IMG/VR virus record: IMGVR_UViG_3300050120_000121
Location: 1 to 64,000 of that record
From: a virus
Direction: 5' to 3' (one strand)
DNA length: 64,000 bases
How positions within the stretch are numbered: the stretch's first letter is position 1; each line of letters begins with the position of its first letter. A model generated the notes under the pieces. The model had not been told where the DNA came from. It made no database searches and was given only the letters and a program-made list of their open reading frames with translations. The position numbers and the translations under genes were made by a program. Below, one piece after another: positions 55,247 through 64,000 of this stretch.

Positions 55247-55560
55247 TTCGGCTCCAATGTTTTCGGCGGAACTGCGTCGGGGATTCGCTGCCAGAGACAA
55301 TCCATCTGATCAACTCGTTTCTGGTAGAAGTCGCTCAATTTTTCGGACAGTCGCCCCCCATCGAACGGATTGAATTCCAGCCGAACAATCGTCGTTGTGC
55401 CCAAATGAAGCCGATACCACCACCCCGAACCGTCCGGCCGATCCAACCACGGCGCAGGCTGCTGGATGTCGGCATAGCGGACCCATTCGCCGTGCTCCCG
55501 TTCAACCAAGTCCTGCCAGCCGATGCTCACGACTTCAAGATCGTATTTCTGAATCGTCAT
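55243..55560 (-). CDS. Hypothetical phage protein
   Basis: GEWVRYAD, RPDGSGWW. Confidence 0.6.
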   Translation of the reverse strand: MTIQKYDLEVVSIGWQDLVEREHGEWVRYADIQQPAPWLDRPDGSGWWYRLHLGTTTIVRLEFNPFDGGRLSEKLSDFYQKRVDQMDCLWQRIPDAVPPKTLEPK

Positions 55561-55569
55561 TGTGTTTCC

Positions 55570-55842
55570 CTATTCAATATGCCCACAGTGCGGACAGGTC
55601 ACGCCTGCGTTACCGGCACAATCTCGGTTAGCCTCATCGTCCCACGGTTCTCGTTCGGAAAGCTGCTTCTCCAGCTCCGCAATCCGCTCGCGTAGTGGAG
55701 CTGTCGAGAATTCAACAACAACACTGGCCGCGTCTTCATAGGCTTTCTGAACGGAACGCTTCAGTCCGTGCCAACCGATCTTCGGCAGCCCGCTGTACCC
55801 TTCATAAAGAATTTGACCCGCTGACTTCTCTTCGCTGCTCAT
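55570..55842 (-). CDS. Hypothetical phage protein
   Basis: ERIAELE, CPHCG. Confidence 0.6.
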   Translation of the reverse strand: MSSEEKSAGQILYEGYSGLPKIGWHGLKRSVQKAYEDAASVVVEFSTAPLRERIAELEKQLSEREPWDDEANRDCAGNAGVTCPHCGHIE

Positions 55843-56027
55843 TGGCTGGACTTTCCAAAGTTGATGGCATCGACATACATCTTATTGTCACGCACCTTGT
55901 AGAACGCTTCGAGACGAATTGCCGCCATTTGCCAGTTCAGGATTTTCGGAGTCCAGTTACCATCAGGATCTTCGCCTCTCAGTTCGCACAGCTTTCGTGC
56001 GGCAACTTCAATCTGCTGGTCGGTCAT
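55839..56027 (-). CDS. Hypothetical phage protein
   Basis: IEVAARKLC; ATGA overlap. Confidence 0.55.
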   Translation of the reverse strand: MTDQQIEVAARKLCELRGEDPDGNWTPKILNWQMAAIRLEAFYKVRDNKMYVDAINFGKSSQ

Positions 56028-56191
56028 TCTGAATCCCTGCAAAACGGCTTAATCGCAATCAATCCGAGAAAGAACACGCCATAGAGGATTGGATTTGATG
56101 TCGGCACAATTGAGTATTTCGCGGCGATCCGATCCATCAGGAACATCAGCAATCCGATCGCAGCAAGATAGGAGCAAATCCAGTCTCTCAT
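56024..56191 (-). CDS. 55-aa two-TM membrane protein
   Basis: MRDWICSYLAAIGLLMFL...LYGVFFLGLIAI; ATGA overlaps on both sides. Confidence 0.55.
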   Translation of the reverse strand: MRDWICSYLAAIGLLMFLMDRIAAKYSIVPTSNPILYGVFFLGLIAIKPFCRDSE

Positions 56192-56454
56192 TTCACTTTC
56201 TCCAGATATTGCGACAGGGTTTGATTCCAGTGGGACTGACAGGCGGCTTTGGCAGAGTCTGCATTGTCGTGAGTTCTCCCATCAACAACGATATCTGACT
56301 CCTGATTGTCCGCATGAATTGCTTGGCATGTGATGCCAGTTGTTGTTCGGTTAATATCGACACGATACACGCCGTTGATGACTTCACAACGCCAATATTC
56401 AGGATACGGCAGTTCCCATTGCAGCGGAGCAATGCGATAGAGCGATTCGGTCAT
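56188..56454 (-). CDS. Hypothetical phage protein
   Basis: PLQW...AKAACQSHW. Confidence 0.6.
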   Translation of the reverse strand: MTESLYRIAPLQWELPYPEYWRCEVINGVYRVDINRTTTGITCQAIHADNQESDIVVDGRTHDNADSAKAACQSHWNQTLSQYLEKVK

Positions 56455-56660
56455 TCGACAATCTCCAAGTCAAATTCGCACATCATAACAGTCGAGCCAT
56501 CGACCAATTTAACTTCGACATAGAATTTGCCGAACAGAGACTGAGAGTATGAAAGCACAACGTCACCAATGGTTCCCTCGCGAATGAGAAAATTGTCGGT
56601 CCCGATGCGACTGTCTCGAATCACGCGAACCATCGAATGTTTTGGAATTCGGCTCATCAA
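56451..56660 (-). CDS. SH3-like small protein
   Basis: GTIGDVV...YVEV. Confidence 0.55.
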   Translation of the reverse strand: MMSRIPKHSMVRVIRDSRIGTDNFLIREGTIGDVVLSYSQSLFGKFYVEVKLVDGSTVMMCEFDLEIVE

Positions 56661-56675
56661 AGCGTCCTTTCGATC

Positions 56676-56894
56676 TTATGGCGAATCAGGGGTTTGGGGA
56701 TCGTCAAGATCGACCGTTTCAGTTCGATTGACGAGTCTTTCAACGGCCGGATTTGACAAAAGAAACTTCTCGCCGGACTTGAGCGTCAGCCATGAATCAA
56801 CGATCGACAAAATGGCATCAGGATGAAAATAGATCGGCCTGCAACCGGAATGTCGAGTGCGGAACAAGATCGACTTTGAAGGCGGTTTCATCAA
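56676..56894 (-). CDS. Hypothetical protein
   Basis: Part of the overlap chain. Confidence 0.45.
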   Translation of the reverse strand: MMKPPSKSILFRTRHSGCRPIYFHPDAILSIVDSWLTLKSGEKFLLSNPAVERLVNRTETVDLDDPQTPDSP

Positions 56895-57115
56895 GATTCC
56901 TTTCGAACTGGTGGCGAAACAAGCAAGTGAGGCATCTTTTCGACAATGTCATCGACTCGCAAAAATCCTTCCAGTCCATCAACCTGAAACAGCCCGAAAT
57001 AGGCATCGAGCCATGTGCATTTCTTGGGACCGGATGGAAATATCGCCGTGAACGTCGAAAAATCAAATCCTTCAGTCTTCGCCAATTGTTGGCAGTCATA
57101 AAGAGAAATCATCAA
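56891..57115 (-). CDS. Hypothetical protein
   Basis: GGGAG RBS. Confidence 0.55.
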   Translation of the reverse strand: MMISLYDCQQLAKTEGFDFSTFTAIFPSGPKKCTWLDAYFGLFQVDGLEGFLRVDDIVEKMPHLLVSPPVRKES

Positions 57116-57157
57116 AGCATCTCCCGAAAATCAGAATCAATCTCGCACACATCCACA

Positions 57158-57556
57158 TCAAATGCCGTCAGGTCCATCTGGAAGCGGTTGCCATAGTGTC
57201 GGCAAATCGCCTGTCAGATCGTCGCCAGTATTATCGAACCAGTGTCCGTCAGTTCCGCAATCACCGTCTTCATCAGCATCGAAGATCCATTGTGCTGTGA
57301 AAACTCCAGCATCCGCTCGCCAAACAATGATTTGCGTGCCATCTCTCGGGGCTGAATCAAACGACCGCCAACGGTGAACTTCCCACGGAGAAACGCGATT
57401 GAAACATCCCATGAGATCGTCTGTGGCAACTCCACAATCAGGACAACCCCAAACGTCATGCTCTTTCGGCGAAACTCGTGCAGGAGTGTTGCAGCGTTTG
57501 CAGAAGTAAAGCGGAATCACTTCCCATGAATCAATGAAGGCACATTTGGTAGGCAT
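57158..57556 (-). CDS. DUF551-like protein with N-terminal Zn ribbon
   Basis: WRSFDSAPRDGTQI...PTLWQPLPDGP; start uncertain. Confidence 0.7.
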   Translation of the reverse strand: MPTKCAFIDSWEVIPLYFCKRCNTPARVSPKEHDVWGCPDCGVATDDLMGCFNRVSPWEVHRWRSFDSAPRDGTQIIVWRADAGVFTAQWIFDADEDGDCGTDGHWFDNTGDDLTGDLPTLWQPLPDGPDGI

Positions 57557-57611
57557 TTTTCGGTTTGCTTTGAATCGACTCCGCGTCAAACGTCAATCAG
57601 CTAGTTTCGGT

Positions 57612-57851
57612 TCACGAGTTTTCTGGAATAACGAAGAATGGAAACTCAATTCGCGACTGTACGGTTTCGTTTGTTGGATCGACGATCCGAACTTCCTTTT
57701 TCTCTCCCTGAGTCGTGCAATAGATTCTCAGAAGCGTAACGGCATATCGAAACACGTCGCAGGTTTTCAGTCCGGTGATGGATTTGAGGCGTTCCAGTTC
57801 AGCGGCAGATTGTTCGTTTAGGTCGATTGTCACTCGCTTGGATGGCATCAA
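57612..57851 (-). CDS. Ribbon-helix-helix (CopG-like) regulator
   Basis: KRVTIDLNEQSAAELERLK...DVFRYAV. Confidence 0.7.
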   Translation of the reverse strand: MMPSKRVTIDLNEQSAAELERLKSITGLKTCDVFRYAVTLLRIYCTTQGEKKEVRIVDPTNETVQSRIEFPFFVIPENS

Positions 57852-57868
57852 TGATATTCCTTGTTTCG

Positions 57869-58488
57869 TCAGAATTTTCGGCCGTGCTCTTCCTCATGGC
57901 AAGACTTGCACATAATCTCCAAGTCGGTTTTTACGTTCTCTTTTCCGAGTCGTTCATACGTCAGGTGATGGCATTGCAGTTTCTTGAATCCGCCGCATCT
58001 GTTGCATTGTTTTCCGTGAATCCCAAACGCTTCGAGTCGCTTAATCTTCCATCTATCGGATCTCATGTATGCAATGTAAAACGGAGAAAAATTCGGTGTC
58101 GGTTGACTCGTTTTTCCGCCAGCACGTTGCTTCGAGCCGTTGCATTGTCGGTCCCGCTTCGCTTGCCTCCGCTGAAAACGATCTTGGATTTTGCATCCCC
58201 ACAGCAGCAATTTCTCTCCCGAAAGACCCTTCGGCGGTTTGTATTTCTGTCCGTCAATTACGACAAAATCAGGAGTTCCAATTTCTGGTATGCATAGGCG
58301 AGACTTTCGAAATGCGAGCTTGTCCTGTTGTTTCTGAATCTTCCTTTGCTGTTTTCGAGAGACAAAGGCTGGCTCTGGAGGCAGGAGTATCGGGGATTGC
58401 TCCGCTCGTTTAAATCGAGCATTATTCGCGGCAATCTTTTCCGCTGAGAAGTGCTTGACGATGGAGTATGGTTCCAATCGCCTTGAAC
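57869..58488 (-). pseudogene. HNH endonuclease gene, 5' end probably interrupted by the IS4 element
   Basis: YMRSDRW...CNRCG...LQCHHLTYERLG.E...LEIMCKSCH; the apparent N-terminus reads through the presumed IS end (PSAIR). Confidence 0.65.
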
Positions 58489-58673
58489 GAATGGCACTAG
58501 GATAAGGAAATTCCTCCCCCCTCGCCAATCCCGCGGCCGACATTCCTGCCCGCGGATCGACCCCCTACTCTTCAGCCTCACTCCCAATTGGTGGCGAACG
58601 TGAAATCCGCGGGATACGATCAAATGGAACGTCTCAAACGATGAGCCACCATTCTCGTTCCATCGGATGCCTG

Positions 58674-60389
58674 ATGCCCACCCATCTCGTCAACCTCGAT
58701 GCGCTCGTGCAACGCCAGGATTTTCGACACGGTTCGGACGAACCACCGCAACGCAACCGATTGAGCAGCGAAATCAAAATCGGGGAACTGGAAAGCAATT
58801 TCTTCCATCTTCTCAAAAAGCCGGATTTCCAACGAACGACGAACAACTGGTCATCCAATCGGATCATGGAATTCGTCAAGAGTTTCGTTGATGGAGATTT
58901 GATCCCATCCATCATCATGTGGTGGTCGCAAGACACAGGAACTGCATTCGTCATCGACGGGGCGCACCGGATGAGTGCTCTCGCGGCATGGGTTCATGAT
59001 GATTACGGAGACGGGGCCATTTCGCGAGCGTTCTGGAAATCGAACATTCCCGCGGCTCAGAAGAAACTCGCCGAAGCAACGAAGTTGCTGATTGATCGGG
59101 AGATCGGGCAGTATCAGAAGCTGAAGCGTCTTGTTCAGGATAATCCCGCGGGAAGCGACCCTGTCATGCTGGCACGGGCTAAGAATATGGCGACATTCAA
59201 GATCGACCTGCAATGGGTCGAAGGGAGCGCGGAAACCGCGGAGCGATCTTTCTTCCGAATCAATTGCAGTGCCAGCATCATCGACCGCACCGAACTGGAA
59301 ATCATCAAGTCACGTCGGAAGCCAAATGCGATTGCGACCCGAGCATTAATGAATGCAGGCACGGGACACCGCTATTGGTCAGGATTCTCCGATGAAGTTG
59401 GCGACGAGATTGAAAAACTGTCGAAGGAAATCGCGGTCAGCCTGTTCCAGCCGATCTTGGAAACGCCCGTAAAGACAATGGATTTGCCCATCGCGGGACA
59501 AGGGTATTCATCGAGTGCGTTCCAAGTCGTTTTCGATCTGGTGAATCAAGTCAATGGGGTCGCATCGTCGAAGCGAGCCCCGCGGATGCCGAAGGAAAGG
59601 AAAGTCGATCATTCAGTCGTTGCAGAGGATTCGGAGGAAGACGAAGTTCCCGCGGATGAGATCGCCGCGGACAATAGTCTTCCCGACGACAAGGACGGCA
59701 AGCAAACAATCGCCTATCTGAATGCCGTCAAGCGTGCCGCCCTATTGGTGTCGGGAAGCAAGGGTGGATCTCTCGGGCTTCATCCGGTGGTATATTACTA
59801 CGGAAAGACTGGGCGATTCCAATCATCCGCATTGCTGTCGACGATCAAGTTTGTGGAGGAACTGAAAAAGGAAAACCGCCTCGCTGAATTTACGCAGCAT
59901 CGCAATGATTTCGAGGAATACCTCGTTCATCACCGCCATTTCGTGAACAGTCTCGTTCACACGTATGGAAGCCGATACCGGTCGGTCGACGCATTGGTGA
60001 CGATGTACCGAATCATTCTCGCCCAAGTGATGGAAGGAAACGTGGATCACGACAAGATCACGCAAAAGCTGATCGGCGATTCGGCGCTGAGTTCATTAAG
60101 AGCGGCCATCGTTCCGAAGAAATCCCGCGGGAACAAGGAAAGTTCAAAACTCTCCGCCGCGGATCGGAGTGCCGCATTTCTCGCGACGGCAATCAATGGT
60201 GCCCCGCGGTGTTCAATTTGCAAAGCACGACTGCATTTGAGGGGTGTCAGCATCGACCACGAAAAGCGCAGGCAAGACGGCGGCACGAACGATGTCAGCA
60301 ATTTGAATCCGACGCATGCCTACTGCAATTCTGGATTCAAGGAAAAGAAACACCGCGAAACGAAGAAAAAAGCCGCGGACAAGTCGTAA
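58674..60389 (+). CDS. DUF262 (ParB/GmrS-like) plus C-terminal HNH nuclease, GmrSD-like
   Basis: KPDFQR...W...IPSII...VIDGAHRMSAL...FFRIN; CSIC...IDHEKRRQDGGTNDVSNLNPTHAYCN. Confidence 0.85.
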   Translation: MPTHLVNLDALVQRQDFRHGSDEPPQRNRLSSEIKIGELESNFFHLLKKPDFQRTTNNWSSNRIMEFVKSFVDGDLIPSIIMWWSQDTGTAFVIDGAHRMSALAAWVHDDYGDGAISRAFWKSNIPAAQKKLAEATKLLIDREIGQYQKLKRLVQDNPAGSDPVMLARAKNMATFKIDLQWVEGSAETAERSFFRINCSASIIDRTELEIIKSRRKPNAIATRALMNAGTGHRYWSGFSDEVGDEIEKLSKEIAVSLFQPILETPVKTMDLPIAGQGYSSSAFQVVFDLVNQVNGVASSKRAPRMPKERKVDHSVVAEDSEEDEVPADEIAADNSLPDDKDGKQTIAYLNAVKRAALLVSGSKGGSLGLHPVVYYYGKTGRFQSSALLSTIKFVEELKKENRLAEFTQHRNDFEEYLVHHRHFVNSLVHTYGSRYRSVDALVTMYRIILAQVMEGNVDHDKITQKLIGDSALSSLRAAIVPKKSRGNKESSKLSAADRSAAFLATAINGAPRCSICKARLHLRGVSIDHEKRRQDGGTNDVSNLNPTHAYCNSGFKEKKHRETKKKAADKS

Positions 60390-60415
60390 TGGCTTTATCT
60401 ATAAACAGTACCCGT

Positions 60416-60889
60416 TCAACACGTCCTGCGGCAATTCTGTTTCGGCATCCCATCAGTCTCCAATTTACAAACAGGCTTTCCAGCAGACGGCGGAGCATCC
60501 TTCGCCATCTTGAGTATCTTTTCGACTTCCTTCCGCTCTATGTCGCTCAGATCATTGACAAGGAATCTCGGTGCGGGATGCGTGTAGAATCGTTTGGCGA
60601 GAACTGGAGCCAAATGTCGGAAGTCCTGTCCCTCAGAGTCCCAAAGAATAAAGCGATCGAACATCACGACAGGGCCACAAATTCCGACATTCTTTACGTG
60701 TGGACCGATTCCAATCCAAGTCAATTTGTTTGCAATTCCCGTCAGAACCGGTTCTCGACTATCTCCTCCGATTCCAATTACTGCTTCAAAAAGAATGCTG
60801 CGCACTTGTCCCATGCAATCACGCAGACCGAAGCGCCCCTGTTTGTCTGGGTCGCCGGTGTGTGTTCGCTTATAGATGAGCGTTCGCAT
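60416..60889 (-). CDS. Conserved-looking hypothetical protein
   Basis: MRTLIYKRTHTGDPD..GRFG..DCMG.VR...AVIGIGG. Confidence 0.65.
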   Translation of the reverse strand: MRTLIYKRTHTGDPDKQGRFGLRDCMGQVRSILFEAVIGIGGDSREPVLTGIANKLTWIGIGPHVKNVGICGPVVMFDRFILWDSEGQDFRHLAPVLAKRFYTHPAPRFLVNDLSDIERKEVEKILKMAKDAPPSAGKPVCKLETDGMPKQNCRRTC

Positions 60890-61487
60890 TCGTTCCGCCT
60901 TTATTCGCCGACAATTTAACACGGCGAAACGCGCCACGTTTCGCGGCATGCGGATTCTACCAGAAGCCGACCATCGTTCGCGATGCGTCGGCTTTTTTCG
61001 TTTGCGGATCATTCACACAGATATTTGAGTGCTCATCAATTCGTCCATAATTCCTGAATATCCACGTCTCTAATTGACCAAGAGACCGTTTTTTCGCATG
61101 CAATTGCGATAACCATCGCTCATTGAAATTATTTCGCTCCTCTTCCGAGGTTCGTACACTCTCCACATCACTGGTGAAATACCGTCAACATCCTTGTGCG
61201 GTGATCGTCCGCCAATTCGCATCGGATAATTATTTTTCGCTCGCTGGATGCTTCTCTGTACTCTGATGGAATGCGGCCATCATCTGGTCGCGGCGTTTTT
61301 CGTTTATTTCGATCACCTTTCATGTTGTCGGAAGAGGACCAATGTCAGAAAATTTTTGCAGTCGCAGCGATTCTTCCGAAAATTCCGCTTCCCTCGCGAA
61401 ACTTGCAGTGGTAAAAGATGAGTCGCAAGAACGTGAAATGTATTTCACGTCAGGCATAATGTGACAGGATTGAACGGAGGGAAACCA

Positions 61488-61886
61488 ATGGCCGACGACG
61501 ACATGATGGCCAAAATCATCGACAAGCGTGCGAAACTGGTGGAACATATCGAGAAGATGCAGCTCAGATTATCCGTCTATGACGAACTGCTGGCGGAAAG
61601 CGGGGAAGATCTGAATTCAGGCGGAAATCCGGCCGCCAGCACGGAAAAGAAAATCGGCCCTACAGAACACGTCCTGAAACTGTTGGGCGAACACCCAGAT
61701 GGAATGACTCTAACAGAGATCATCGACGCGCCAGCGACTCGTGTTGAGAGCGAGTCCAAAGATCCGAAGGCCAATATCCGCAGCACGGTGACATACATGC
61801 TCCGAGCCGAGAGGCTGCAAAAGAACACGACAACCGACAAAATCACGATCAAGCCAAAAACCGTGAAACCGCCCAGTGAAGCGTGA
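61488..61886 (+). CDS. Coiled-coil plus winged-helix protein
   Basis: GGAGG RBS; VLKLLGEHPDGMTLTEI. Confidence 0.65.
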   Translation: MADDDMMAKIIDKRAKLVEHIEKMQLRLSVYDELLAESGEDLNSGGNPAASTEKKIGPTEHVLKLLGEHPDGMTLTEIIDAPATRVESESKDPKANIRSTVTYMLRAERLQKNTTTDKITIKPKTVKPPSEA

Positions 61887-62199
61887 TGATCCGAATCTTG
61901 ACACGAACATGAACGCGAGGTGCATGATGGACAAAAAATAAAACCCCAAGTCGCAAGGTGCGATCAAGGGGCTCCGATCGAAAGTCCCATTTTGATTCCA
62001 CTCGGACCAACATGCTTTTGGGAAAGGGCAGGTCTGAGCGGGTCTAGCTAGGCACCCACGATGTCTGCGGTAATTCGCGGCTTTGCACCGTCGTTTTGGT
62101 TTTTCCTCAGTCGAAGGCAATATCGGTCTCAGACCGGTCAAGGATGCACGCAATTGTGATGTATCGTAGCTTTTCACTGGACCGAAATCCAGAACGTTT

Positions 62200-62412
62200 T
62201 TAGTCAGGGATGGCTTTGGTCGCTGATGCCTTTTTCTTTTCTTTCTTCGCGGCTTGCTTTAGGCGGTCGCGAATCCATTTGGAAAGATCGAGCCCAGCGA
62301 TCTTGGCCGCATCCTCAAATTCCTGACGCTCTGACGTATCGACCCGAACTATGACATGGGCGTCTTTACGCTCGTCATCGTCTTTCGCCGGTCTTCCACG
62401 TGATTTCGCCAT
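62200..62412 (-). CDS. Ribbon-helix-helix protein divergent from the transposase
   Basis: RGRP...IVRVDTSERQEFEDAA...LSKWIRDRL. Confidence 0.75.
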   Translation of the reverse strand: MAKSRGRPAKDDDERKDAHVIVRVDTSERQEFEDAAKIAGLDLSKWIRDRLKQAAKKEKKKASATKAIPD

Positions 62413-62636
62413 GCTCGCATTGTAATCCGAAAAATCATTTCGTCAACAGATGTTTCCGATTGACTTCGGTGATTAAACGGATTACAATTAATCCCGTTGG
62501 AACGCCAATTCCGACATAAGAAAAACCCCGCTTCGACGCCAATCGAAACGGGGTTCCAGATCAAACCGGCGAACCGGAATGCCCTGTAAGCAATCGCATT
62601 CTATGGATTCGCCCAAGTCAAGAAAAGGACGAATCC

Positions 62637-64000
62637 ATGCCGCGAAAAGACTTCAAGGCTGTGCGTGACACTTTTGCGAACGATAGCGGACTTCCGTTCG
62701 GCCGCATTCTCACCCGCGATCATGTCGTGGGCGTGCTCGAATCCGAAGGACACAAATACCGTCAGCGAGTGTTCTGCCCGTTGGTCACGCTTTGGGCGTG
62801 GCTAAGCCAATCTCTCAGTCAGGACAAATCATTGAATGAGGCGGTCAGTCGCATTCTGGCACATCGCGTTGCAACCGGATTGCCAGCATGCTCAGCCTCG
62901 TCGTCAAGTTACACTGACGCCCGCATTCGATTTCCGCTGCCAGTGTTGATTCGACTTGCAAAAGAGATCGGGCGAAAGGTTCACAACTCTGCCGACGAGG
63001 CATGGCATTGGCGCGGACGAGAAGTGTTCCTTGCCGATGGCACCACTCTTTCGATGCCTGACACTGAGAAAAACCAGTTGAAGTACCCTCAAGTCAAAAC
63101 TGTCGCCGCGGGACTTGGGTTTCCGATTATGCGGTCGGTTGCATTAATCTCCTTGTCGACGGGTGCTGTCATGGATTTTTCATGTGGTCCATTCGAAGGG
63201 AAAGGCACGGGTGAGGGTGCTCTGTTGCGACAGACGCTCGATACGATGAATCGCGGTGATATTCTTGTCGCAGATCGGTATTACCCAAGCTATCGCACGT
63301 TGTCCGCCTTACTGCCCCGCGGAATCGACCTCGTGTCGATCAGTAACGCGTCACGAATCGTCGACTTCACGGAAGGATTTCAACTGGGCGACAACGATCA
63401 CATCGTAACGTGGTATAAGCCGACGCGACCCGCGGGGATCGGCGACGAAGAATTCGCGGCGTTTCCAGACACGATCTGCGTCCGGGAGTTTCTTATAGAT
63501 GTCGAGTCTCGCGACGGAGGGACCGAACAGGCAATCGTTGTCAGTACGTTGACCGATCCAACAATTCCGCAGGAAGAGATTTCGAATCTGTACTGGAAAC
63601 GATGGAATTGTGAACTGGACTTGAGGTCAATCAAATCCAGCATGCATATGGATATTCTCCGCGGGAAAACGCCAGAAATGGTGCAAAAGGAAATCTATGC
63701 CCACTTGTTGGCTTACAATCTGATCCGCGGGACGATGACGGAATCGGCCAAGAGAACGGGACTCATTCCGCGGCAACTGAGTGTAAAGGGCTGCATGCAA
63801 GCCGTCGAATCATTCACTCCTGCAATGATGGCGACATCCGCGGGAGATGTTCTGTATGATGCCCTGCTGACGACCGTTTCGGCTCATCGCGTGGGAAATC
63901 GGCCGGGACGATTGGAACCGCGGGTTAAGAAACGTCGTGATCCGTGGGCGAAATCGAAGATGAAAAAACCCCGAAACGAGTACCGGAGACGTTTGGCGAA
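62637..64000 (+). CDS. IS4-family DDE transposase (3' end runs off the window)
   Basis: VFLADGTTLSMPDT, LVADRYY, YREK motif LYWKRWNCELDLRSIK, C-terminal RPGRLEPRVKKRR; AAGGA RBS. Confidence 0.93.
   Translation, partial: MPRKDFKAVRDTFANDSGLPFGRILTRDHVVGVLESEGHKYRQRVFCPLVTLWAWLSQSLSQDKSLNEAVSRILAHRVATGLPACSASSSSYTDARIRFPLPVLIRLAKEIGRKVHNSADEAWHWRGREVFLADGTTLSMPDTEKNQLKYPQVKTVAAGLGFPIMRSVALISLSTGAVMDFSCGPFEGKGTGEGALLRQTLDTMNRGDILVADRYYPSYRTLSALLPRGIDLVSISNASRIVDFTEGFQLGDNDHIVTWYKPTRPAGIGDEEFAAFPDTICVREFLIDVESRDGGTEQAIVVSTLTDPTIPQEEISNLYWKRWNCELDLRSIKSSMHMDILRGKTPEMVQKEIYAHLLAYNLIRGTMTESAKRTGLIPRQLSVKGCMQAVESFTPAMMATSAGDVLYDALLTTVSAHRVGNRPGRLEPRVKKRRDPWAKSKMKKPRNEYRRRLA

Larger units (their letters stand above)
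1..58488. mobile_element. Prophage (siphovirus-like, HK97-fold head); both ends probably outside the window
   Basis: Terminase, portal, MuF, HK97-type protease and capsid, neck, tail tube, frameshifted chaperone, tape measure and tail tip genes in canonical order, plus many small overlapping ORFs. No sheath gene or integrase seen. Confidence 0.95.
58489..64000 (+). mobile_element. Probable IS4-family cargo transposon (right end outside the window)
   Basis: IS4-like terminal sequence GAATGGCACTAG at 58489; non-phage cargo genes; IS4 transposase from 62637. Confidence 0.6.

Noticed and set aside
58489-58543. ORF-track start of the HNH gene at 58543
   Set aside because: These codons lie inside the presumed IS4 end, so the native start is probably displaced
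60957-61290. Possible degraded gene in the IS4 cargo
   Set aside because: Only short frames without recognisable motifs; not enough support for a call
1-64000. Genome-wide stop-codon reassignment, tRNA genes, integrase/att site, intein or intron in terminase or capsid
   Set aside because: Standard code gives full-length genes using all three stops; none of these elements was recognisable by eye, though small RNAs could be missed

Overview
About 58 kb of this window is a tailed (siphovirus-like, HK97-fold) prophage. The host is probably a planctomycete; this is inferred from the style of the prepilin gene and the IS4 transposase. No integrase or att site is visible, so the prophage probably extends beyond the window. 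Order on the + strand: holin-like and membrane genes, a Thr/Gly/Ala-rich fibre-like module, terminase, a head module stretched over about 28 kb by blocks of small accessory ORFs, then neck, tail tube, frameshifted chaperones, tape measure and tail tip genes. A convergent - strand operon of phage ORFs ends in a type IV prepilin-like gene. Main observations: (1) a 1214-aa portal protein fused to a pyrophosphatase-like domain and a type IB topoisomerase with an intact catalytic pentad; (2) the portal, the MuF protein and a neighbouring ORF look like polyproteins whose modules start with K-S/K-A sites and a shared (S/N)RD-x-x-G-(K/R)-(W/F) header, and the portal contains a copy of the capsid N-arm motif, suggesting cargo loading processed by the prohead protease; (3) a 2015-bp non-autonomous IS903-like element (perfect 17-bp terminal inverted repeats, 9-bp target duplication) carrying a complete toxin-antitoxin-SecB chaperone (TAC) module; (4) a probable IS4 cargo transposon from 58489 carrying a DUF262-HNH nuclease and interrupting a phage HNH gene; (5) two related promoter/hairpin leader modules driving small-gene cassettes. 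All domain calls are motif recognition by eye, without database searches.
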